Source: Candidatus Bathyarchaeota archaeon (GTDB lineage: Archaea > Thermoproteota > CALKCG01 > B24 > JAGTQN01). From it: a stretch of DNA of 43,202 bases. The notes beneath the pieces were generated by a model. It was not told the DNA's origin. It did not search any database and worked only from the letters and a program-made list of their open reading frames with translations. Shown piece after piece: positions 7,999 through 15,932 of the stretch. The translations under genes and the position numbers were made by a program. The DNA is taken from assembly GCA_018396395.1 (NCBI GenBank), contig JAGTQN010000003.1, positions 1 to 43,202 of the forward strand, given 5' to 3'. Every line of letters starts with the position of its first letter. Position 1 is the first letter of the stretch.

Positions 7999-10033
7999 GA
8001 TTAGGCTTCCCGAGGCCCTCCTTAGGCTTGGGAGATGGGCGCCCTTTTCCCCAAGGAACAAAGGTAATCCTTCGGCTTAGTTCCATGGGAAGGTAAGAGG
8101 GCCTGAAGGGCATCCCTTGGCACTTTTCCCGGATCTCTTGGATAAGCTCAGGAAGGCTCATAGCCTGGCGAAATTCCTCTTGGATGCCAGACTTCTCCCT
8201 AACGACGACTGGAAGCTTATCGCTTTCAAGCTCCCTATCGCCTAGGACGATGATGTAGGGAACCCAGCTCGTCTTGGCATCCATAACCCTCTTGGGAACC
8301 GATAGGTTCCTGTCATCTAAGGAAACCCTGATACCCTCGGATTGGAGCCTTTCGGCAATTTCCCTACACTTGGCCAAATGCCTATCAGCGACTGGAATAA
8401 GCCTCACTTGATCTGGGGATAGCCAAAGGGGAAGCATGGGAGCCTTTCCCCTCTCCTCATCCTTGGCGGCATTCTCCAAGAGGATGTAGAGGGTCCTTTC
8501 GAGGCTTCCGAAGGATGAGGCATGGAGGATGATACATGGAAGTTTCCTTCCATCCTCCGCCACATATCGGATTCCAAACCTCTCCCCATTCTTCACATCA
8601 TACTGAACGGTCGATATCTGGACATTCGCCTCATCGGCCCCTATCGCCTGATATTCGTTCTTGATGGCGTAATAATGGGTCATCTCCTTTGTGAGTTTGA
8701 AAAAACTCGGAACGCCCATCTTTACGCAAAGATCCTTTAGCCAAGCTTTATGCTTCTCATAAAACCATTCTACGCCCTCCCATCCTAGGACCCAATTTCC
8801 CTTAGCTATGACTCGATCCATAAGATCCTTGAATATGAGGCATAGCTTCTCGAACTCTTCCTTCGCCTGATCCTCGTTACCGCAGAAGCAGTGCTGATCC
8901 GTCATGGTGAATTGTCTCAGCCTCCTCAGACCCACGAGTTCTCCGCTCAGCTCCCTCCTGAAGCATGGGACCTCCTCATAGACCTTCACGGGAAGATGCC
9001 GATGGCTGAAGATTGCCTTCTGAACGAAGGGAAAGGCTCCGGGATCCGAGGAGAAACGAAGGACGAAGGTCTCACCCTCATATTCCATGGCATAGTCCCT
9101 TTCATGAAACTCCCCCATCAGCTGCCTTATGGCTTCCACGCTCTGCCTATAGATTAGGGGGTTCTGGATCTTCATGGCCCCCCATGGTATGGCAACCTTA
9201 AAGAGGGCATAGTCCTTGATGAGATCGAAGATGAGGGCTCCGTTTGGGTAGAGCTTGAAGTTTCCGAGGTCGCTCTCGGGACAATAATCCATGAGCTCGA
9301 GTTTTCGCATATAATCGATGTGCTTGGGGACTCGCCTCCCAGGGTTTCCCTCCAGCTCATTCCTAACAAAGATCCAAAGGAGCCTGTAGACCTCTTGCCC
9401 GCGCTGAAAAATGGGACATTCCTTCCAGTTATCGGGAGTAACCTCGTACTCGCTTCCATCTGCATCGACAAGAATGAACCTTCCGAACCTTTCGCCCTCC
9501 ATAGCCCTCCCCTCCACCTTCTCTGCCTCCTTCCTTTCCTTAACCGCCTCCTCCCCCCTTCCCATCCTCCTCTTCCCCTGCCTCAAAGCCTCTGCCCCCG
9601 CACCCAAAGGAACTATGGACCTAGAAAGCTCAGAAAGGGGATGGCCCTTGCATTCGATGGTAAAGCCCTTATACCAACCGAAGGGGCTCCTTCCAACCTT
9701 AAATTCTCCTAAAGTCGAAAGGGAGGCCTCTAGGTTTTGAAGGATCTTTATCGCCACCCTTGGCTTGGCGAGTTCTGGGGATAGGTGGGCATAGGGATAG
9801 AGCATCACATTCTTTGCGCCAACTTTTCTAGCCACATCGGCGACTTCTTGGGCCGCCTTCATCACCACGTCTTCTGGACTAACCTCATCGATGGACTCGA
9901 CTGTGCAGAAGGCTACGAGGACATTCTTCATAGCCTGACTTTTCCTATCCTCCGTAAGCTCCTCCCTTTCCGATGTGGCAGGACTTTTTACTTGGTAGGC
10001 GAAGCTATCGGCATGGATTAGGAGTAGCTTCAT
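7967..10033 (-). CDS. thrS: Threonine-tRNA ligase, archaeal type with N-terminal editing domain
   Basis: MKLLLIHAD, YPYAHLS, SPFGWYKGF..CKGHPLSELSR editing domain; FRRELSGELVGLRRLRQFTMTDQH; GSLER; PLWLSPDQVRLIPV. Confidence 0.96.
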   Translation of the reverse strand: MKLLLIHADSFAYQVKSPATSEREELTEDRKSQAMKNVLVAFCTVESIDEVSPEDVVMKAAQEVADVARKVGAKNVMLYPYAHLSPELAKPRVAIKILQNLEASLSTLGEFKVGRSPFGWYKGFTIECKGHPLSELSRSIVPLGAGAEALRQGKRRMGRGEEAVKERKEAEKVEGRAMEGERFGRFILVDADGSEYEVTPDNWKECPIFQRGQEVYRLLWIFVRNELEGNPGRRVPKHIDYMRKLELMDYCPESDLGNFKLYPNGALIFDLIKDYALFKVAIPWGAMKIQNPLIYRQSVEAIRQLMGEFHERDYAMEYEGETFVLRFSSDPGAFPFVQKAIFSHRHLPVKVYEEVPCFRRELSGELVGLRRLRQFTMTDQHCFCGNEDQAKEEFEKLCLIFKDLMDRVIAKGNWVLGWEGVEWFYEKHKAWLKDLCVKMGVPSFFKLTKEMTHYYAIKNEYQAIGADEANVQISTVQYDVKNGERFGIRYVAEDGRKLPCIILHASSFGSLERTLYILLENAAKDEERGKAPMLPLWLSPDQVRLIPVADRHLAKCREIAERLQSEGIRVSLDDRNLSVPKRVMDAKTSWVPYIIVLGDRELESDKLPVVVREKSGIQEEFRQAMSLPELIQEIREKCQGMPFRPSYLPMELSRRITFVPWGKGRPSPKPKEGLGKPNPSHGSPPKPA

Positions 10034-10166
10034 GGAAAACCCTTGGAGGCTTGAAACATAGGAACCCAGGCCTTATGGGCGCTAATGGCGCCTGCCTTTG
10101 GGGGTTTGGCTTTCACTTTGGCTTTGCATCACCTGGCCTCCAATATAGGTTTAAGGTCTTACATTT

Positions 10167-10206
10167 AAAACTTTACTTTTCTTGCGAAAACTTTACTTTT
10201 CTTGCG
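10167..10206 (+). repeat. Perfect 20-bp tandem duplication upstream of thrS
   Basis: AAAACTTTACTTTTCTTGCG occurs twice in tandem. Confidence 0.85.
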
Positions 10207-10664
10207 CCATCTTATATGGCTTTATGGATCCGTCCTTCCTGTTCTTAGAGAACAAATTTTAATATAACCTCGAGGCGGAAAATATCCGAGACGATAATTC
10301 AATTAGGCGCTAGAACTAATCCAAAGGAGTCATCGATGAAATTATGCCGTTGCTTTTTCCCATATCCATAATAGCGCATCTCAAATCAAATCAAATAATC
10401 CTAGCTGTTTGCCAAATTCTTAGCCCTTTAAGTTATTCAAAAAGATATCGGAAATTTAATAGTAGTTTTTAGATTATATTGGAGTTTTCTACGATTTATT
10501 GACTAAAATTCGCTCATATTAAGAAGACGGTAAATGGCTGTCCTTCCTTTATGAGGCCAGTTTCAGTTCTTCAGCTAAGCTAGAAACGTACTTATTTTAC
10601 TTAACCTTAATGGCCAGAGAAGGCGTAGGCCATCAGCTTAATATGAACGCTAAACTTTATCCCT

Positions 10665-11298
10665 TTATTTCCTTTCTTCCTTTTTATATTCGAAGTAAGA
10701 GTAAGCAATCGTATAAAAATAACAGAAATTATAAATAATAGCATTAATAGAATAAAAATCAGAAGAGAAAATAGCAAAGAAAGTGATGATTCCAACAATC
10801 TTAAAAAGTCTTCCTCCTAGCTTATGAGTCTTCTTCCAGACCTTCTCATTGCTTAAGGTCCATGGAGTTCTTATCCTATGAACCAATTCATTTTTGCATT
10901 CTCCACTAGAATTCAAACAAAGTAGAAGAGTAACGCAAAACCTGGAATGATAAATCTCATAATATCCAATCTTATTCCAAAATTCCATAGAATCGTTAGT
11001 ACATATAGATAGAAAAAGAATCCCATCATAATTGTTACAAAAGCATCATAGTATCTTCGAAATTTTTCTATATTTTCTCTCAGTGGATCGATCCTTGGAA
11101 TTGCAACAAACAATAAAAACAGTAGAACAGATATGAAAGGCAATAAAAACATACCCCAGAATTTATGTATAAAGCCATACGCTTCCCCCTGTAAGTTCCA
11201 ATGGGAAGCCATTTTTCAGGCATGCAAGGATAAGCATAAATACCGATGATGAAGGAAAGGAGGATCATTATGGATGTGACGAGTCAAGCCTTTCTCAT
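10665..11298 (-). pseudogene. sdpI: SdpI-family immunity membrane protein (DUF1648+SdpI), disrupted, AT-rich
   Basis: Fragments in several frames: YAYPCMPEK/MASHWNLQG..IPRIDPLRENIEKF../IRTPWTLSNEKVWKKTHKLGGRLFK. In-frame TGA at codon 5. Confidence 0.85.
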
Positions 11299-11511
11299 AA
11301 GGGAATACCCCTTATGCCGAAGAGCTCCTCCTTAAGCCCCATTATCGTTATATTTTTTTGCTTTATGACTCAATCTATTTTCGGATTTTCCCTAAAGTCT
11401 ATTGCTATTCTTCGGGCGAGCACCATCGAAAATCTACGGATTAAAGGCGAATGTCAGATCTTAAAGGAAGGTAAAGCTTAATCGAACCATAAAGCCTCTT
11501 TTCCTTGGAGT

Positions 11512-11990
11512 ATGGGCCATAAAAGAGTTAATGGCATTCTTGGAGATATGGGAAGAAAGAGGTTGAAAGATGCGTCATTCTTAGTCGATACTGAAGCATT
11601 CTACAAAACAATCCTACCAATAGAGGCTAAAGAACTCAAGAGAGGGTGTTCAAGAATTCAACTTATCCATGGATTTAGGTTTTCAGCCTCAACCAAACCC
11701 TTATCCAGCCATGGAGAAATGCATGGTTTAACAAGCAAGCCAGCGAATTCTTGGACACGCCCGAACTCAAGATAAAACCTTTAAAGCCCAAAATAACCTT
11801 CGCCGATAACATCGAAATCGAAAGCCTGCATCTCACTAGTGTATGCAAAAAGTCCTAGATAGGGGATGGAGCATTTCAAGTAGCCATAATGGAGATTCCG
11901 GAATCACTGCTTGATGTAACAACCTGGGAAGGTTTAGGGCTAAAAGTCGACCTGTAAGAGGAAACGGGAATACTTAAGATCATTATGGTG
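11512..11990 (+). pseudogene. Second clan AA aspartyl protease, interrupted by a MITE and frameshifted
   Basis: MGHKRV..FLVDTEAFYKTI..KELK, then after the insertion IKPLKPKITFADN..VAIMEIPESLLDVTTWEGLGLKVD. Paralogous to 3243-3606. Confidence 0.8.
11642..11762. mobile_element. MITE (121 bp) with 18-bp imperfect TIRs and 10-bp target site duplication
   Basis: Left end GAGGGTGTTCAAGAATTC; right end (reverse complement) GGGCGTGTCCAAGAATTC. GAACTCAAGA flanks both sides (11632-11641, 11763-11772). Confidence 0.9.
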
Positions 11991-12208
11991 CGGTAATCCA
12001 CAGCTCTACACTTAAATAGAAAAGATTATTTCAGCGAACTTCATAAGCGTGCATAAAAGACTTTACCTAAATGGAAGCATTCATGCTAGCGCGTAGATTA
12101 ATCAAAGCCGTGAGCATGCTCTAAGGCTTATGACTTCAGATATGATATCTTAAGTGGTTGCACCGCTCGATACTAGCCTTAACGATAGCGGGCAGTCGCA
12201 TTTTATTT

Positions 12209-12655
12209 TTATTTTTGCCTTTCCGAAACCCAGTAACTCCTTCCAGAGGATAGAATCTCCTTCTTAAAAATCGTAGCCTCATGCTTATAGCGCTCTACCG
12301 CCTCAGCCAAGGTTTTGAAAAGCTCCTTTCTATGCCTTGCGGCCACGACGACATAGACGAGATCCTCGCCTATTCCAAATTCACCCAGCAAATGATGGAT
12401 CCGAACATCTACGATTCCCTCCCTCTTCATAAGATCAAGGCATATTCTTTCAAGTTCATCATTGGCCCTTTCCTCATAGGCTTCTAATCGGAGACTCTCC
12501 ACTTCTTCCCCCATCGATGTTTCGCCACGAACTACACCGACGAAGATGCCGAGGCATCCAGCCCCTCTGAAGGAAGGATTCCTCCTCACATCTCCGATGA
12601 TCTCTTCTAGGGAGATTTCCCCTTTTCGATGAACGGATCCATGCTTCATCGCCAT
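12209..12655 (-). CDS. moaE: Molybdopterin synthase catalytic subunit
   Basis: GCLGIFVGVVR, LEAYEE, HHLLGEFGIGEDLVYVVVAARHRKE, KHEATIFKKE. Confidence 0.92.
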   Translation of the reverse strand: MAMKHGSVHRKGEISLEEIIGDVRRNPSFRGAGCLGIFVGVVRGETSMGEEVESLRLEAYEERANDELERICLDLMKREGIVDVRIHHLLGEFGIGEDLVYVVVAARHRKELFKTLAEAVERYKHEATIFKKEILSSGRSYWVSERQK

Positions 12656-12718
12656 TCCCTTCCCTCACCTCCCCAGATCCTTTGGTTTTGAAATCTACAG
12701 CCCCCTTATTCCTTTGAA

Positions 12719-12733
12719 CCAAAGCTTATATTA
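12719..12733 (+). promoter_or_regulatory. Putative BRE/TATA promoter of the tRNA-Ser/tRNA-Val pair
   Basis: ccaaagCTTATATTA lies about 25-30 nt upstream of the tRNA-Ser 5' end. Confidence 0.6.
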
Positions 12734-12757
12734 GCCCTTTGGGAAAAAAATTACTGC

Positions 12758-12907
12758 GCCGGGGTAGCCTAGAGCATTGAGTGCGGGTAGCCTGGTAGGG
12801 TGCAGGCCTGCTATCCAAGAGATCTGGTATTGTGGGTTGAAAGCCTGTGGCGCATCCGCGCCTCACGGGTTCAAAAACGCAAGGCGTGGAAAATCCCGTC
12901 CCCGGCG
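12758..12907 (+). tRNA. tRNA-Ser(GCT) with three introns (positions 15/16, 37/38, 59/60)
   Basis: Acceptor stem GCCGGGG/CCCCGGC with G73; anticodon stem CAGGC/GCCTG; long variable arm GGCGC-ATCC-GCGCC; T stem ACGGG/CCCGT. Introns 12773-12790, 12814-12841 and 12876-12893 each fold into a BHB-like motif. Confidence 0.88.
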
Positions 12908-12937
12908 CCTAGCAAAGTGCCAAAAAGCCTGGCTGAA

Positions 12938-13032
12938 GGGCCGGTCGTCTAGTCTGGTTAGGATGCCACCCTTACGAAGCCATAGGACTTTAGGAAAGGT
13001 GGCGGTCGCCGGTTCAAGTCCGGCCCGGCCCA
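12938..13032 (+). tRNA. tRNA-Val(TAC) with 20-nt intron at 37/38
   Basis: Acceptor stem GGGCCGG/CCGGCCC with A73; anticodon stem CCACC/GGTGG, loop CT-TAC-G; intron 12977-12996 with BHB central helix CTTA/TAGG; T arm GCCGG-TTCAAGT-CCGGC. Confidence 0.93.
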
Positions 13033-13090
13033 CTTAAATTTTTAAGTGAATCCTTAAATCAGAACATGCTTCCTCCCCTAATTGATGGGT

Positions 13091-13313
13091 ATGAAGGCTA
13101 AGTGTGTGTTTGCTTTAGGATGTGGATGTTAGGCGTTGGTTTGACAATTTGGCGGCTAAATCTATCGTGACGGCTACTGTTTATCTTAGGACTTGGGTTT
13201 TTACTGCGAGCTTAACAAAAACTGATGCTAAGGCGATTCCCAAAGTTGCCAAAACCAAGGCTTTCAGGGATGACTTCACAGACTTTATTACGCATATGGA
13301 GCGTGAGGGCAAG
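13091..13313 (+). pseudogene. Tyrosine integrase N-terminal remnant
   Basis: DVRRWFDNLAAKSIVTATVYLRT(LGFYCEL)..FRDDFTDFITHMEREGK resembles the SAM-like N-terminus of archaeal site-specific integrases. It lies about 60 bp after tRNA-Val and is frameshifted and truncated. Confidence 0.7.
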
Positions 13314-13717
13314 CATAGGCCACAAGCTGATACTTATGATCCATATACCTTTTTACCTTGTCAGAGCTCATTTTCTTATATCGACTGGAACATACTCGCC
13401 CTTAACAGTCCTTATTACAAAGTCCACCACGCCCTGAAGCTGAAGGCTTTTTGAAACAAGAGGAACAAAAAGAGACTTCTCAGCGCCAACAAATTCAGGC
13501 GAATAATAGACTGCATCTTTTCGCTAAGCTCTTTACGCACATACTCCATACGCAATTCTTGGCTTTCCTCCTGCTGAGAACCAAAAACAAGCTGGGCATG
13601 CAAAACACCATCGAAATACACAGGCCTTGGACAGTAAACATGCTTAACATCAGTAACCGAAACCAGGGATTCAGCAACGTAAGAAATGGGTAACTGCCAT
13701 TTTTCAGCCTTATTCAT
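13311..13717 (-). pseudogene. cas4: Cas4-family RecB nuclease, frameshifted and C-terminally truncated
   Basis: VSVTDVKHVYCPRPVYFDGVL (first Fe-S Cys). Other frames give LVSKSLQLQGVVDFVIRTVKGEYVPVD and MDHKYQLVAYA (QLxxY motif). The three C-terminal Cys are deleted. Confidence 0.8.
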
Positions 13718-14241
13718 TCCTTATTCTTTTCCAACTTTTCTATGCTTTCCATAATTTTCGCGTAAGTTTCAATGCTGCATCTCCATCCAGCGAGAATCAT
13801 GTCTTTTATCGCTTGCCTTATCCCCTCCTTTGTAATAATCCTTTGAGAAAAAGCTTTAACCAAAATGTATGGCGTTCCAGCGTAGGCTATTCCATAGATT
13901 TTTGCTGTTTTCCTCGCAACTTCATCGTCTATTATGGCTATTCCGCCCAGCTCTTTGGCTATGGCCAGAGCTTCAGCGTCAGTCACATGAAGGCCCTTTG
14001 TTTGTAAAATGGTTTCCAAGAAACTTGTGTATTTGGGTTTTACAACTTTGAAAACACCCTTTTGAAATAACTTTTCCAAGGCTATGGCATCTGCAATGCC
14101 CTTACGCTTGCCTTCATCCACAACCTCACATTTCACGTTTGGAGAAGTCAACTTTTCACATTCCAATTCTTCAAAAATTCGGCTTAATCCAATCTTTGTT
14201 ATGTAAATTAACGGAGTTGAATTGAAAACAAGTAGCTTCAT
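13714..14241 (-). CDS. DUF3368/COG2405 PIN-domain toxin
   Basis: LVFNSTPLIY, EVVDEG, TDAEALAIAKE, IIDDEVARKTAKIYGI..GT. Confidence 0.88.
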   Translation of the reverse strand: MKLLVFNSTPLIYITKIGLSRIFEELECEKLTSPNVKCEVVDEGKRKGIADAIALEKLFQKGVFKVVKPKYTSFLETILQTKGLHVTDAEALAIAKELGGIAIIDDEVARKTAKIYGIAYAGTPYILVKAFSQRIITKEGIRQAIKDMILAGWRCSIETYAKIMESIEKLEKNKE

Positions 14242-14576
14242 TTTTGCTCTGCCGCAGATGCTTCTTTGAACTCTTTTTCAATTTCTTCTGGCGAATACCT
14301 AACCCACTCAACATTGCGTTGCTTCACGAGGTCGGCGAACTCCCAAAGCGAGAGCTTAGCCATCTCCGCAGCCTTGGCAAAGGTGATCTTTCCATCGCGC
14401 AACAGCTCAAGGGCTGTTTGCTTATGCCATTCGCCAATGCCCAACTCAAGAAGAGTCCTAACAACAGTGGCCTTATCCAAACCTTCCCACTCAATTACTT
14501 CTTGAATTTCTTTCTCGATTTCCTCTGGAATTCTTACGGCTAAGGGCTTAAGCCTCAACTTCGCCACCGTAAACAA
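14238..14576 (-). CDS. UPF0175-family antitoxin (RHH + HTH)
   Basis: LAVRIPEEI..DKATVVRTLL; ALELLRDGKITFAKAAEMAKLSLWEF. Overlaps the toxin start (ATGA). Confidence 0.88.
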   Translation of the reverse strand: MFTVAKLRLKPLAVRIPEEIEKEIQEVIEWEGLDKATVVRTLLELGIGEWHKQTALELLRDGKITFAKAAEMAKLSLWEFADLVKQRNVEWVRYSPEEIEKEFKEASAAEQK

Positions 14577-14639
14577 AAGGTATCAAACGCATACTTAAGA
14601 GTTGCGTCGTCAAAAATAAGCCAACGGATGCGGAGCAAA

Positions 14640-14663
14640 AATCCCAATAAAGGGAATTGAAAG
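14640..14663 (+). repeat. Solitary CRISPR-repeat-like 24-mer
   Basis: AATCCCAATAAAGGGAATTGAAAG has an internal TCCC/GGGA palindrome and the canonical ATTGAAAG end. No second copy was found. Confidence 0.35.
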
Positions 14664-14911
14664 GCCGGAGTAGAGCTTATTTGGAGAAGCTCGCTAAAAA
14701 ACTTGATCCCTACGTGGAAGAGGACAAGATTCGTCCCGACAAATTAATAGGGAGCCTGCTTCCTTTGCAAAGGGTTCCCTTCGTTATGTGTATATTGTGA
14801 TGGCAGGGAAAGAGAGGATGCATGGAAGATTCTCCGCGGTCTTGGTGTTACCAAGCATATATAGAAATATGACCGCCAAACATTTGAGGATTGGCTACCT
14901 GGCGCCGCCTC

Positions 14912-15766
14912 GGTGCTGTAACCTTAAGCCTTCCGCACCGCCTCCTTTACGAGGCTTAGCATGGAAAGGGGCTCCGGTCCTAAGGATCCGCATGGAGCCT
15001 TAAAGCCATATGATACCTTACGTTATAGTAGCCCTTCCAGGCTTTAAGCCATGCATCCGCATGGCCGAAGGGCTTATGGCATCTGCAGGGAACGTAAAGG
15101 TCGAAGATAATAAAAGTCCTTAAGCCTACGCTTTACTTCCTTGCTGAGCCTTTCAGGAGGCTTTAGAAGGCTTCCATCATGGATGAGCCTTAGCCCTAGC
15201 TCCGAGTAAGGCTTTACTTTATGCCATACCATGGAGCCCCATCGGCTACTACGAAACGATAATCCTTATGCCATAATTTTCCTTTCCTTAACTTAAGCTT
15301 CCTTAGGAATAGATATGCTATAACGGAACATAACGTAAGGCTATTCTTCTCCTCATCCAGCTCATGCTAAGCGCAAGGATTCGCCTGGCCTTGATCTGGG
15401 CTCTAAGGCCATCCATTCCATATCCATATCCAGGCTTCCATCGAATGCCCCACAGGCTTACGGTCCTCCCATCTCATCTCGTCCACGAAAGCCTTCTTAG
15501 CCCTTCCGTATAGAAGGCTTCTGAAATGATGAAATGAAGGGCTTCCGAACCTATCGAATGGATCCAACGCCATATGGATTCATGGCCTCTAGGAAGCCAT
15601 AGGCTTATTCTATGGCTTTTGAATCCTTCCTTAAGGATAGACATGAAAGGTATAAGTAAAGCGAATGGCCTACTTCACGATCTGCCTAGGATTCCTATCC
15701 CTCTCGAAGGTTTTCATAGGACATCGAGGGAGAAAGGGCTCCTCTAAGGCTTAAGGTTACAGCACC
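14912..15766 (-). mobile_element. IS6-family element copy 1 (degenerate transposase)
   Basis: Perfect 21-bp TIR GGTGCTGTAACCTTAAGCCTT at both ends; 8-bp TSD GCCGCCTC/GCCACCTC; fragments SHESIWRW.., GAPWYG, AWKGYYNVRYH. Confidence 0.88.
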
Positions 15767-15932
15767 GCCACCTCTATAGAAAGGCTAAAGTAGCAAATGA
15801 TAGGTAAGGTTATGACCAAGGAGTCGGTGTGAGCTAAAAATAAAGGACTCACTTAATTTTTTAATCGCATCCCGCCCAGCCCAAAGACAAAAATTTGTTC
15901 GAACTTTTTGAGAAATCCTTGCCAAGAATCCG

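Noticed and set aside
10034-10129. In-frame ATG with good RBS 96 nt upstream of thrS, suggesting TAG readthrough or a Thr-sensing leader peptide
   Set aside because: A TAA follows three codons after the TAG, and the 15-aa peptide has only one Thr, so neither pyrrolysine readthrough nor attenuation is supported.
12777-13037. 86-aa ORF in the ORF track
   Set aside because: It lies over the two tRNA genes.
13122-13454. 110-aa ORF as a complete protein
   Set aside because: It is a chimera of an integrase stub and the antisense strand of the cas4 remnant.
14600-14800. CRISPR array
   Set aside because: Only one repeat-like unit; no second repeat at spacer distance.
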